DNA of 64,000 nt from Tubiluchus corallicola (Eukaryota; Animalia; Priapulida). The notes under the pieces are model-generated. The model did no database searches. It saw only the letters and a list, made by a program, of their open reading frames with translations, and was not told the origin of the DNA. The DNA is taken from positions 45,285 through 109,284 of the forward strand of contig JAQGDQ010000707.1 of NCBI GenBank assembly GCA_030141605.1, given 5' to 3'. Both the position numbers and the translations under genes were made by a program. Numbering within the stretch: position 1 is the stretch's first letter; every line of letters begins with the position of its first letter. Positions 11,501 through 23,982 of the stretch are shown here, in pieces.

Positions 11501-14500
11501 ATGGCCATTTTTCGGCCGTTTTTTGCAAAACTTATACCTCTTATTTCTGAAGAACGGGAACGGGCCGAGGGTGGTACTGGGCATGGATAGATAGCCCGTT
11601 CAGCGGTGGGTGTAGTAGGCATATATAGAATTCCCGAGAGGGCCAGGGCGCCCCGCAACGGGCGTTTTCCCGGACCCAACTCGCGATTTTTTCGAAATTT
11701 TGGCCAAACAGCCTGCAGAAAAAACGTTCTAGCGTCGCCTGGTGGGACTCTCGGAAGGAGATATACGGCTCTTTACAAAGAGGAAGGACAGGGCTACACG
11801 ATGATGTGGGTTATATTTTAGGGCAAGTCCACTGAGAGGAGTATCAACGAGTTAATTAGGAGATCTATTTTCGGCAATTTTCACTTAGAAAACTGCTGAC
11901 GCAAAGGCATTGTTGTGACGTCATCCATTGTATTCTGTCTATAATCTTATAGCTTTAATTCAGCAAAAAGCTACTACAACAAACAGTAGGCATGATGTTA
12001 CGGGCTTTGTGTAATAAATGAGGACTAGGTAGGATGTTCGCGTATTATTGATTACACGTGGTTTTTACGCAAAATCTTTTGCGGTGCCTTTGCTATTTAT
12101 TATATTATAGCACATAGTTTCAACTTTGTGAAAAATGTTTGGAATGGTTTTGTTGTAATGCTGTGCTGTTGGTGCTTGTGCTATAGGTGTCGTCATCGTT
12201 GCCACCATCATCATCATCATCAACATCATGATCACCACGTGAGGTGGTGGATTTGATGTGGTGTGGTGGTGGTGTGCTTTGTGTGTTGTGCTATGGATGG
12301 TGTGGTGGGGTGATAGGGTGTGTGGGGTGTGGTGTGGGTAGTGTGGTATGGAGTGGGTGGGTGTTGTGGTGCAGTGCGGTGTGATGTGATGTGGTGGAGT
12401 ATTATGGTGTGGGTGGTGTGGTGTGGTGTGTGGGTGGTGCAGTGCAGTGGCATGGTGTGGTGCAGTGTGGTGTGATGTGGTGGACTCGTATGGTGTGGGT
12501 GATGTGGTGTGGTGTGTAGGTGGGTGGGTGGTGTGGTGCAGTTTGGTGTTATGGTGTGGTGCTGTGCGGTGTGATGTGGTGGAGTGGTATGGTGTGGTGC
12601 AGTGTGGTGTGATGAGGTGGAGTGGTGTGGTGTGGATTTTGTGTTGATTTGTGCACAAAATTCTTTTTGTGGGGTTTGGCTAGTCCCTTATATTAATATT
12701 CTTGGTATATATATAAGATTCGAGGCTACAGCCCGGACGAGGGCACCATTTGCGGCGATCTATACATCAAAAGAAAGGTCTCGATCTAGTGTCGTCTCAT
12801 TGATGGTTTATTTTTCGAATCGGGCCCACCGGGAGGAACGGGGGGCGAAAAACCTCCAAAAATGGCCATTTTCGGCCGTTTTTTGCAAAAGTTATACGGC
12901 TGAGATGTAGAGAACGGGAACGGGCCGAGGGGGGTGCTGGGTATGGATAGATAGCCCGTTCAGCGGTGGGTGTCATAGGCCTATTTAGAATTCCCGAGAG
13001 GGCCGCGGCGTCCCGCAACGGGCGTTTTCCCGGACCCAACTCGCGATTTTTTCGAAATTTTGATCAAACAGCCTGCGGAAAAAACGTTCTAGCGTCGCCC
13101 GGTGGGACTCTCGGAAGGAGATATGGGGCTCTTTACAAAGAGGAAGAACGGGGCTACACGATGGTGTGGGCTATATGTTAGGGCAGGTCCACCGAGAGGA
13201 GTATTGGCGAGTTAATTAGGAGTTCTATTTTCGGCAATTTTCGCTTAGAAAACTATTGACGCAAAGGCATTGTTGTGACGTCATCCATTGTACTCTGCTG
13301 TAATCTTATAACTTTAATTCAGCAAAAAGCTGCCTGCTACGGGTTTGCGTTAGTTAAACAAACGGTATGCAGGATGTTACGGGCGTTGTGTTATAAATGA
13401 GGACTGTGTAGGACGTTCGCGTATTATTGATTACACATGGTTTTTTATGCAAAATCTTTTGCGGGGCCTTTGCTATTTATTATATTATAGCACATAGTTT
13501 CAACTTTGTGAAAAATGTTTGGAATGGTTTTGTTGCAATGCTGTGCTGTTGGTGCTTGTGCTATAGGTGTCGTCATCGTTGCCACCATCATCATCATCAT
13601 CATCAACATCATGATCACCACGTGAGGTGGTGGGTTTGATGTGGTGTGGTGGTGGTGTGCTTTGTGTGTTGTGCTATGGATGGTGTGGTGGGGTGATAGG
13701 GTGTGTGGGGTGTGGTATGGAGTGGGTGGCGTGGTGTGTGGGTGGGTGGGTGTTGTGGTGCAGTGCGGCGTGATGTGGTGGAGTATTATGGTGTGGGTGG
13801 TGTGGTGTGGTGTGTGGGTGGTGCGGTGTGGTGTGGTGCAGTGGTATGGTGTGATGTGGTGGAGTCGTATGGTGTGGGTGATGTGGTGTGGTGTGTGGGT
13901 GGTGCAGTGTGCTGCAGTGGTGTGGTGCAGTGGTATGGTGTGATGTGGTGGAGTCGTATGGTGTGGGTGATGTGGTGCGGTGTGCTGCAGTGGTATGGTG
14001 TGGTGCGGTGTGGTGTGATGTGGTGGAGTGGTATGGTGTGGGTGGTGTGGTGTGTAGGTGGGTGGGTGGTGTGGTGCAGTGTGGTGTTATGGTGTGGTGC
14101 TGTGCGGTGTAATGTGGTGGAGTATTATGGTGTGGGTGGTGTGGTGTGGTGTGTGAGTGGTGCAGTGGTGTGCTGCAGTGGTATGGTGTGGTGTGATGTG
14201 GTGGAGTGGTATGGTGTGGGTGGTGTGGTGTGTAGGTGGGTGGGTGGTGTGGTGCAGTGTGGTGTTATGGTGTGGTGCTGTGCGGTGTGATGTGGTGGAG
14301 TATTATGGTGTAGGTGGTATGGTGTGGTGCGGTGCGATGAGGTGGAGTGGTATGGTGTGGTGCAGTGTGGTGTGATGAGGTGGAGTGGTGTGGTGTGGGT
14401 TGTGTGTTGATTTGTGCACAAAATTCTTTTTGTGGGGTTTGGCTAGTGTAGAATTAATCATCTAATTGTCTCAAAAATGTCTAGTAATGTCCACCACACC

Positions 14501-17500
14501 TTCAATGTTAAATTTTTCTCGTATAATATTATAATAAAGTGTGATGGTACCTGTGTGTTAGGCTTATGCGTGTATATAGTGCTCTAATTAAGTTTAGTTA
14601 ATTCAGAGATGAGAATGACAAACTGCAAAAAACTCTGAAACAGGCCAGGGGTTTGGGGGCCACCTAGGCTGCCAATGGGGTTGAGAGTCAAAGCCCTTTT
14701 GGAGCCAGCAACAAATTGCAATTTTGTGACCATAGAGAGCCTCTAAGTGGACTTAAAATATCAATTACCTTGTTTCATGCATAATTTAAAATATCCAACT
14801 ATCAAGGATACATGATACTTAATTGTCTCAAATACGCCTAAGTAATGGCCGCTCCTATGCAAAAGTATATAAAAACTGTCTGCAATTGACTCAAATAACT
14901 CCGCACAATTGATTCTATATTTTTATACATAGAGATAAACACGTGGTTACACTGATGTACATGATGTAAGCAAAGTGACGGCCTGCCAACTAGCGGTCAA
15001 CTCGTGAAACAATCACTGTGTCCGTATTATGCAGAGTCTTTTAGCGATTCAGATTTTGTCTGAATTTTCTGATATTAATAAAAGGGACGTCCATCAAAAA
15101 CTAGTTTAAATTAGTTTAGTTTAAACTTTATTTATTTAGAGTGGATTTACAAAACAGGTTGCATCTGATTCATGTATCTCCACTAATGAGTAATTATCAA
15201 CTAGCTTGATTAGCCGTCAGCATGAGAATTTTAATGCCTCAAGTTCTAAAGTCGTATTTATATTTTTAGTCCAGATTTAGCTCTGCAGGAATCAGAATAT
15301 TTGTAGAGGATCTCGAAGATTTCAGCATATGAAGAGCACCCGTATTGCTGTTTGTCAGGAGGCAATTCTTAACACATTTAACAATAAGAACTCCATGCAG
15401 TGTCGAGCAGATGTTTAACATTTAGAACACCTGATCATAAATAACTGTGGAAGTTTTTGCTGCAATATCATAAATAAACCACTTTGGTTGATTCAGCAAA
15501 AACTTCCATAGTTATTTAATTTGTCCGATGAAAACTGACTAGAAAAAGTCATTATTGAAATATTGATTTTTAATATTTGTTCAATTTCAGCACAGTTGAT
15601 TCGGAGGTAAATTTGACCAGACTCTGTAACATAGACTGCATGTGCACGGAGTCTACGTACAATCCTATATGTGGTAACGATGGAATTAGTTATTATTCTC
15701 CCTGCTACGCGGGATGTAAAACAAAGTCAGTCGATGAAGATGGCGCAGAGGTAAGAAATCTTTTGTTTAATGTTGTCAACCAATTGTGGATAATTTTTGT
15801 AGATAATTGTTTTCCTGCATTGTTTTGTGAGAGATTGTGAAAAATGTGATTTTTGTGATTATGCGAAAAAGCTTATTACAATATTCTGAAGACGGGCGTC
15901 TTATACATAGTTTGATTGTGACCAAAATTTCACCTTTGATCTGAAGGCCGATGTTTTCAAGACTTTGACCTAAAAACCACATTTTATACGACTATGAATT
16001 TGGTTTCCGAAAGTCACATTCAACAGCATTAGCACTAATTTAAATAACAAATGATAAACTTTCAATTCGGTTTTCCAAAGTCACATTCAACAGCATTAGC
16101 ATGAATTGTAATAACTAATATAATTGCAGAGACGCTTGACAATAATCAGTATGTCTGTGACCTGTTCATAGATTTATCAAAGGCATTTGATACGGTAGAT
16201 CATTGTATTCTTCTAGACAAATTGCATTATTATGGTATAAGACATTCAGCTCAATCATGGTTCAAAAGTTATCTTTGTGATCGTCTCCAGTATGTCGAAT
16301 TAAATGGATGTAAATCCAATACACTTCCAATTAAGCATGGTGTTCCCCAAGGTTCTACTCTAGGACCACTTTTATTTCTTCTATATATAAATGATATGCC
16401 ACTAAGTTGCTCAAATTTAATCTTCAGACTTTTTGCAGAAGACACAAATATTTTTTAAGTGATTCAAATATAGATAACTTGGAGAGTGTTATGAATACCC
16501 AGTTAAATAAAGTAACAGAATGGTTGAATGTCAATAAGCTCTCATTGAATATTAATAAATCTAACTTCATGCTCCTAAAAAAGAAAAGGAGAACACCATT
16601 TGGGAATATTTCTTGATGAGCACCTAGACTGGAAGTACCATAATAAAGCATAAATTGAGTAAAACCTTGGGAATCATCTATAAATTACGCAAGTTTGTTA
16701 ATAGAGAAACATTGATGAAAATCTATTACAGTTTAGTCTACCCATATCTAATATATGGCGTCATGTCTTGGGGTGGTGTATATACATGGCTCTGAAGACC
16801 AATGTTCTCAATACTTTTATCTGAAGACCAATGTTCTCAATACTTTTATCTGAAGACCAGTGTTTTGAATACTTTTATCTGAAGACCAATGTTCTCAATA
16901 CTTTTATCTGAAGACCAGTGTTTTGAATAATTTTATCTGAAGACCAATGTTTTCAATACTTTTATCTGAAGGCCAATGTTTTCGATACTTTGTTTTGATT
17001 TAAATTAGAAAGACAGTGCAGTTCTTCCTGCTGTTTATCTCATGTAACTTTACCACAAAAAAATTGGTATTAAACATGCTTTAAGTATGCGCAAGAATTT
17101 TTGGGTTTTTGTTGAAGTTTCGTCAGTAAGCCTTTTCACAGTTTGTCCTGCGCACACGCAGTTGCTGTAGGTCAGAGCTTACGTGTACAGCAATGTCTCT
17201 TAACTACAGCCATTATGTGACATATGTATAAAGCAAAGGCATCTGCTGCATCAGTTCAGTAACTTCAATTGTCTTGTTTTGGATTAGTCTGGGCGTAGAG
17301 TGATTTACTAGCAGGATCTTGCTCGGGAACAAGAAAAAATGAACTAGATAAGATTCTAGCTAGCTGTTAAAACTGTTACTATTACAATAGCATGGACTGC
17401 AAGGCGTTGTCAAGTGTATACAAATACATTGTGTGGTGTACTTAACCTTTGACCTTTTCACAATCATCATATTCCTCAGTTATAAGTTACCATGAATAAA

Positions 17501-20500
17501 TATGTAACAGACAGCCAGAGTGTGTCATTCTCACTGGGCACTGTTGTCAATCTGCCCTTTTCCTCATATCATGTTTGCAAACTGATACTCTTTTATCTTT
17601 AGATCTACGGAGATTGTGCTTGCATCATCGCCAATGCTACAGACATCAATGGCTTCCCAGCCGAAGCCATAGATAACATGTGTGAATCAGACTGTAGATG
17701 GCAGATTGGCGTCTTTCTCACTCTGTTCTTCGTTGTCATGGTACAAACATTTGTGTGCAGTATGCCTGCCCTCTCTGCTACTATAAGGTACGATGTTAAT
17801 AGGTTTAACTCTTTCACAACTGCACCATTCAAAGTAGGTCATTATAAGACTTGTCATCATTAGATGTGCTTAACTGACATTAACTGAGTTTTTAAGCTAT
17901 TATTTAATTATCAAAGACTTATATGATTGTAGGTATTAAAATGTATACTTTTTACTTCATTTGAATAAGGTATAAAAAAATCCTGCAGTTTTCCTTTCAA
18001 CGAAGATTAGTTGGGATGCATTTTTGAAGTTAGTGTTTAGTTTTGGCCTTAGTCGTGTATGTGCTAATAAGTTTTACAAATTTGAATTAGTTTCTCAAAT
18101 TAATAAATATCTTCAGTCTACCGTATTTAGCAGTAGAATTCATCTTGGTGGAATTACTATGATAACAAGTTATGACTTCCCATTTAAATTAGCAAAATGT
18201 TTCTTAGAATTGGAGACACAATATAGTGTTGATTTGATATCATCCTGTGTTTAACATGTTGTAAACATTCGGGTTAAAAAAATTGCTTGTGTAGTATACT
18301 AAAATCATCGTCATCGCCGTCTTCGTCATGATGATGATGGCGATGATGATGATGGCAATGATGAAGATGACGATGATAAACAGAAGGATGGTGATGGTAG
18401 TGTTGATGATGACGATGATGATGATGGCGATGATGATGATGATGATGATGATGATGTGGTGATGATGGCAATGATGATGATGATGATGATGATGATAACG
18501 ACGATGATGATGATGATAGGAACAATGATTAAGAGAAGGATGGTGATGGTAGTGTTGATGATGACGATGATGATGATGGCGATGATGATGGTGATGATGA
18601 TGGGAACGATGATAAACAGAAGGATGGTGATGGTAGTGTTGATGATGACGATGATGATGATGGCGATGATGATGATGTGTGATGTGGTGATGATGGGAAT
18701 GATGATGATGATGGTGATGATGGTGATGATGATGATGAAATACAATGGTATCTGAAGTGATTACTGATCACCGCTGTACATGTAAGATTTGCAATGAAAG
18801 AAGCATTTTCAATTTCAATCAGTGCTTGTCTTATGAATAAATTTATGAATCGGTAATTTGGTGATTAATTAATAGAATTATCTACTGAATTAGATTCAGT
18901 TGATAAAACGGATAGCTCCTTGATTTGATAAGATAAATTTATTGATTATGAACTCACTCAACTGGCAAGGCACGAGATTTAATGCGAAGCAAATTATTTT
19001 CACGGGTGTGTTTTTGCGTTTACTGAAGGTAGACAGGTGTTCATTTAGAGAAAGCGTAATCTTGTTTTATAACTTTATGCAAGCGTAGATAAACACTCTA
19101 TAGAACATTATGCAGAGTTACATGTAATTATTAAGAAGTCGCGAGAAGCGGAACTTCTTTGGAAAGAAAGCTTTATGGCCAATGCCAAGCTACGAGGAAA
19201 CTTTGGAAGCAAGAAGTTCTGAAAGACAGACCTGGTGTGCAGCTAAACTTCCCACGCAGGAGAAAGAATTCTTGAACCACCTGGATGGTCATAAACTTCT
19301 TGGCAGGGTAGAGCCAAGGATGTCACCTTTAACCTATTGCACCATATTGCGTTTGAGCGCGAATTACGCAAAGCGGAACTTGGAGTTATAAGCCCGTGTT
19401 TGAAGACACGCGGTGTGAGTTGTTGGTTAGTTAGTTGGGTGCGAGCAGAGAGCAACATCAGAGAGAGAGGAGCCAGAGAGAGGCGACAGGAAATCTGACA
19501 GAGTGTAGACTTCGTTTCGAACCAGCGTGGACCATCGTTCTACGTCCTCAGCTAATCTGAGCACTGGATCTACGAATAGTCTTACAACAGCATAGGATTT
19601 GACCAAGTGTACGGGAGTTGCATTGGTCATTCCACCGAGTTAAGTAATCTTAACGCATTAGTAACTTGAGAGTAACTCTGCATAGTAGAAGTTCACATTG
19701 TGGTAGACACCTTAAGTGTAGCATACATATTAATTGTAAAGTGTATATTTCACATTGTATTTAGCACCGTAAGTGCAACGTACGAAAATTGTTAAGTGAA
19801 TAGATTGTGTATCTCTTGGAGCTAAAACATTATTTGTGAACGCCGACCAGCGTCTAAGACCAAATCGTGTATAACCATCTAGCTAAGAGTAATTGTTGTA
19901 AACCAATAAAAGTTTATTCACTTTGACTTAAATTACGAGTTCATGTATGCGTATAGGTGTTTAAAGTTAAGCAACACTAGATTCAATAACGAACCTGTAG
20001 ATTTGCATTGTATTAATCATTAATTAATTTAATAAAGCTCAATTGCGGGAGCTAAGCTAGTAAGCTTTTGGGATAAACACTTTTCTCACAGCGCGAAGTC
20101 GTAGAGTCAGTCTAGAGGGACTAGATTATTGCCTGATAGACTAATCTTAAGCTCTAGGGGCCAGGTGATAAAACACCTTGTAGCGATTAATGAGATAAGA
20201 AGCGAATTAACCTTAAATCAATTTTAAATGATTCTATAAATCACGTGCATGCTATACGATCACAAGATATAATAATTAATAAGTGATAACTGGTACATTA
20301 GATCATTATCAAAGGGATCATAGGACTAAATACATCTGAGATTTATAGACATCATACTTGTTTCATAGTTTACCTAGTACTTTAGCTTGTGTACAGAAAA
20401 TAATTACACTTTAGTAGATGCAAAACAAACATTATAACCTACATTCATTTATCCCTGCAACTATGCAGACAGTATTTGCTCACCGTTTACTTAGCTTGTT

Positions 20501-23300
20501 TACTGCTGACTGAGATCAGTGGCGTAGCAAGTGCTTGTGGCGCACCCTGGGGGCAAAAAACTTCTGACGCCCCACCCTTTTAATGTTTTGATCGTTTGTT
20601 TTGAGGGTGAAGCCACAAATTGTACGCTTTTTTGCATCCCTGAGCTCAACTTTCCTTCTTTGACATGATGGGATAAAAATATGCGAATTTTTCCTAACAA
20701 TCACATTGAGTTTGATTTGTGGTACTGCAGCAGAGTAACTCTTTTCTATGCATTAGTTGCTCATAACACGACAGTCATTAAACATTCAGCTCCAGCATTA
20801 AAACATGCAAAGATTATGAAAGATACAGAACACTACAGGTTTTCATAATAATACAATCTGCATTTAGAGAAACGTCAAAGATTCTTCCAAAATTATCAAT
20901 CAGCTAAACCACACGACACCCTATACACACACCGTTAAGTAACAACATTAGTTTTTTTTCTAGACTGTATGTAGTAATTAAGCTACGATGATCTCTGACT
21001 AGGCAAGTTTGTTGTAGTTTGAAAACTTTTGTTAATTATTTTGTTAATGTCGGATTAGTAATTAATAATTAACAGTCATTGAACTCTAGAGGAATTTTGT
21101 GCCCTCTCACTCTTGTGTCCCAGAGCGATAACCCGCTGTCACCCATCTTGCTACGCTTCAGACCCCCCCCCCCCCGGTGTAGAACAACTCTTGCAGAAAT
21201 GCAGTAATAGATATTCTACAGTTCTGCTTGTGCATATATAATTAGTGACAATTATCATATTTTATCAACATAGTTATTGTAGCAAGCAGTGATAGTACAG
21301 GGAGAAATCTTGGCTATCAGGATATCAACAGTGTTCAGGTGTCTTGTTATCTAGTCTGTCTGATGTACAAGATTCAAGCATTGCTAGTGAATTTCTCTTA
21401 TTTATTTAACACTTTAGGTCAGTAGCACCAAAGCAAAGGTCTTTTGCACTTGGAAATCAGTGGATATACATTAGATGTTTGGGTAAGTACCGTAGTACGT
21501 GTAAATAATGTGAACTAGTTTTTCCTTCGTCTGACATTTTTATGCCACGCTGTGATTGTATTGTCAATGGGCGGGGGCCGTAAAAAAGAAGTAACCCAAA
21601 CCCTAGAAAAGCGCTAAGAGGGCCCAAGATAAGCACGTGCTTAGGGCCTCAGGGGAAGGGGCCCACCAAGATAAGCACATGCTTAGGGTCTCAGTGAAGA
21701 GGCCCCAGCAAGATCAGCACGTGCTTAGGGTCTCAGGGGAAGAGGGCCCAGCAAGATCAGCATGTGCTTAGGGCCTCAGGGGAAGAGGGCCCAGCAAGAT
21801 CAGCACGTGCTTAGGGTCTCAGGGGAAGAGGGCCCAGCAAGATCAGCATGTGCTTAGGGTCTCAGGGAAAGAGGGCCCAGCAAGATCAGCATGTGCTTAG
21901 GGTCTCAGGGGAACAAGACCCACACAGTTTTTTATTTTCAAATTGAATAACATGAACATTTGTGTAGGTTTTTGTGCTTGTTTACAATATGACGGAACAG
22001 ATGGACATCAAGATTCTGGCTGAGAAGCCTGAGCTGCCCACTGTCCACATGATGAGATGGACATCAAGATTCTGGCTACTGAGAAGCCTGAGCTGCCCAC
22101 TGTCCACTTGATGACATTGATTGATTATGTAATGTATAATAAGATATTTCAACTACAGAAAAGCTTATAAAAATGTGATGATACTGAAAACAGGACAAGG
22201 TACTTTTGATTGTATGTATTTTATCACACGATGGTGATGATGACTAGGTCACAACTGTGGATAATCTTACTGCAAGTTTTTATCATTTCCAAAGATGAAA
22301 TTTCATTTTAAAGTTTCGTATTGTTTTTATTCTGAATTTTTGTGGAGATCGCTGATGTCAAGTAGAATTGCATAGAACATCGTAGAATGTTCCGTCGGAA
22401 TGACCGCCTTAGCGTCTGGATTGTTCTCGAACATTTGTTGGAGAAGTTTCTCCAGAGTGCTATATAAGGCGAAGCAGGCTGCCGACACGGGATCACACAT
22501 CGCACGTAGATCTAACACGGACTTATACTTACGCATTTACTTACTTAAACGTTTTCCAGATTTTCACGTTTAGTATAATCATTTCAACGTTCCTTCATCT
22601 TTTGTGTAATAGAATTCTCGCTGAATAAAGTAGTTTTATTTTACGGCGTGTTTTCTGCTTTTCTCTACGAGCCTATTTTGGGGTACCGTACTCTTTTCAG
22701 TGCTTAGGGGCTGTTGAGGTCTGAATCCAACCCTGTATAGATACAGTAGATAAATCAACTTGGGTTAACCTTCCATCTATCAAGTTTAAACACGTGTTTT
22801 TTTCTTTGGTGGAGGAATAATTATTGATTTTCATATTAGGCACAATACCGGCTCCATTACTGTTCGGTTGGCTCATGGATTTATCCTGTCAACAATGGTC
22901 GGATTCCTGCGGGGAAGATTCTAAAGGTTCCTGCCATTTCTACAACAATCACAAAATGGCCACGAACGTGTTAGCACTAGCCGTCGTCGGCAAATCTTGT
23001 TCAACACTGTTTTTCTTCATGTCTTGGTGGTTGTATAAGCCACCGGTTGATCATAGTAAACTGCATGACGTGTCAGATGGTGTTTCACCTGATCATAGTA
23101 AACTGGACGACATGTCAGATGGTGTTTCATCTCAAAACAAAGATAAAGAGGACATCGCAAAGAAAGAGAATTCAGAGAATGTTAATGATTCCCGTACGAG
23201 TTACACGGTTAATGATGGAATTTTACCTGCCGGTGATAATAAACTTGTGTCTAATGGTCCGGAACTTACGGCTGTATCTAATCAAGTCACAAAGTTTTGA
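2554..23300 (+). CDS. SLCO4A1: Organic anion transporting polypeptide (OATP4/SLCO4-like), ~728 aa; coding exons 2554-3193, 5003-5105, 5477-5598, 9215-9385, 9919-10008, 10965-11154, 15591-15750, 17603-17787, 21418-21482, 22840-23300
   Basis: All introns are GT-AG with continuous phase (total 2187 nt). Motifs: ITTLEQRF/SGLIASCYDI, FLDDNV, GPAIGY, OATP signature WIGAWWIGFF (S-x-x-W variant as in OATP4), Kazal-like loop CNIDCMC..YNPICGNDGISYYSPCYAGC, RSFALG, GTIPAPLLFGWLMDLSC. Subfamily assignment is from recalled sequence, not a search. Confidence 0.93.
3222..3583 (+). mobile_element. PIF/Harbinger-like MITE
   Basis: TIRs GCCTTTTCACAGTT / AACTGTGAAAAGGC flanked by TAA and TTA; related copies at 10194-10573 (inverted) and 17130-17468. 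Confidence 0.8.
3667..4181. repeat. 32 bp tandem array, ~16 copies
   Basis: Unit AGTAACCCGACCAGTCATACAGCAGATGACAG. Confidence 0.95.
4640..4978. repeat. Degenerate ~37 bp T-rich array ending just upstream of the SLCO exon 2 acceptor
   Basis: Recurring TTTTATGTAGTTATGTTTTATGTTCTGATTTCATG. Confidence 0.8.
6793..8125. repeat. 121 bp satellite, ~11 copies
   Basis: Regular 121 bp spacing of CCTGGTTTATTTCTCTGTATACAG. Confidence 0.95.
8734..9090. repeat. 24 bp tandem array, ~15 copies, each with a TAGACA-n4-TGTCTA inverted motif
   Basis: Unit AATAATGTAGACAATGATGTCTAA. Confidence 0.95.
9340..9688 (+). repeat. 60-62 bp array spanning the SLCO exon 4 3' end and splice donor (~5.7 copies)
   Basis: CAACATTCATGTTTTTGAATTTTGCTGGTGCTACTGAAG/GTAAATAAACT is repeated; the first copy is the real exon end. 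Confidence 0.95.
10194..10573 (-). mobile_element. PIF/Harbinger-like MITE, same family as 3222-3583, opposite orientation
   Basis: Same TIR; the interior is the reverse complement of the 3222 copy (e.g. ATCCTGCTAGTAAATCACTCTA). Confidence 0.8.
11306..12683 (+). mobile_element. Non-autonomous Helitron, copy 1
   Basis: Starts TCTATAC after A, ends GGCTAG, with subterminal hairpin CACAAAA-ttct-TTTTGTG; internal (GTG)-rich simple repeat. Confidence 0.85.
12684..14446 (+). mobile_element. Non-autonomous Helitron, copy 2 (head-to-tail with copy 1)
   Basis: Starts TC, colinear with copy 1, same hairpin and CTAG followed by T; the GTG-rich tract is about 400 bp longer. Confidence 0.85.
15990..16790 (+). 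pseudogene. Degenerate LINE (CR1/L2-type) reverse transcriptase fragment
   Basis: FIDLSKAFDTVDH, HYYGIR, GVPQGSTLGPLLFLLYIND, FAEDT (from FADDT), WLNVNKLSLNINKS; frameshifts and stops. Confidence 0.9.
16791..16992. repeat. 29 bp tandem array, ~7 copies
   Basis: Unit TCTGAAGACCAATGTTCTCAATACTTTTA. Confidence 0.9.
17130..17468 (+). mobile_element. PIF/Harbinger-like MITE, same family, right end eroded
   Basis: TAA-GCCTTTTCACAGTT start and shared interior GCGTAGAGTGATTTACTAGCAGGATCTTGCT. Confidence 0.75.
18305..18737. repeat. Compound (GAT)n microsatellite with higher-order duplication
   Basis: GAT/GAC/GGC triplets; the block AGAAGGATGGTGATGGTAGTGTTGATG occurs three times. Confidence 0.95.
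18827..20288 (+). mobile_element. ~1.45 kb solo-LTR-like element, divergent relative of 33842-35162
   Basis: Shares colinear blocks with the reverse complement of 33842-35162 (TGAATAAATTTAT, TATAAGCCC, TTTTCTCACA.CGCGAAG, CTATACGATCA, GTGATA end); TATA and AATAAA motifs; TSD not found. Confidence 0.6.
20517..21161 (+). mobile_element. hAT-like MITE (TIR CAGTGGCGTAGCAAG)
   Basis: Reverse-complement homologue of 48623-49274 over its full length. Confidence 0.8.
21619..21912. repeat. 41-43 bp GC-rich tandem array, ~7 copies
   Basis: Unit GGGCCCAGCAAGATCAGCACGTGCTTAGGGTCTCAGGGGAAGA. Confidence 0.9.
22340..22673 (+). mobile_element. Divergent copy of the ~365 bp solo-LTR family
   Basis: TGTGGAGATCGCTG start, TATATAAGGCGAAGCAGG, AATAAA, TTCTCTACGAGCC; 3' end differs from the other copies. 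Confidence 0.7.
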
Positions 23301-23322
23301 GGTAGAAGTTCATATGGTGTCA

Positions 23323-23982
23323 TCTGTGAGCTTGCAAACCAAAACTGTCCACAAGTCGACATAGTTAAAACTAGGTTGTGATGCTTCAAAATAGAATGCA
23401 TCAAAAATTTGCTCAAATGTCAATTTTTTTGTTTCTTTTTTGTAAAAACAAATGCTGAATATATTGGACTTTTATATTCTAGCATCATATTATCAAGAAA
23501 ATGCTAAAAATCTAATTTTATAACCCGGTGCTCACTTTCTGGCTGGAAACTTGTACTGCAATTGTAAAAAACTTGTATTTCATAACTCCGATTGTGGCTC
23601 TTGGAAACAGTCATTTTGCTTCTAATTTTTTCTGTTGCCAAACCCAGATCTTCATCAGGAAGAGCCATCTACTGGATTTAAACATAACTTCAATGTGCTC
23701 TTGTAGAGTCTATAGCAACCAACATTTGTACGGTTGCTAAGTGTTTTGTAAAAATGCGACAAAAAACGATGGCTGACTTTAGCAGTGATTTTCTCAAGAT
23801 TATGTTTTTCAGTGCGTAGCCTGCACCTCAACTTCAATGTGGATTATCTCAGCTTAGAAATAACATAGAGTAATGAGCTTGGTATCAAAATGATCCTCAT
23901 GAAATGGAGATTCGGGATGTGTGAATATCTAGAAAAGTTCAATTGCCGACTTTGCTGTGGATGATTTTGCTGTGCAAGCACA
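23323..23982 (+). mobile_element. MITE with imperfect TIRs starting ~25 bp after the SLCO stop codon
   Basis: Homologous to 47915-48487; ends approximately TGTG..CTTGCA...CAAAA and TTTTGCTGTGCAAGCACA. Confidence 0.7.

Larger units (their letters stand above)
11187..15075. mobile_element. TA-flanked MITE split by the Helitron dimer (pieces 11187-11305 and 14447-~15075)
   Basis: Both pieces match, in reverse complement, the element at 59030-59598; an uninterrupted junction ..CACGGTAA/TGTAGAAT.. is seen at ~63945. Confidence 0.65.

Noticed and set aside
12065-14421. His/Thr-rich and Val/Trp/Cys-rich ORFs
   Set aside because: Translations of the GTG-rich simple repeat inside the Helitrons.
18274-18771. 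Poly-Met/Ser/His/Ile ORFs
   Set aside because: (GAT)n microsatellite.
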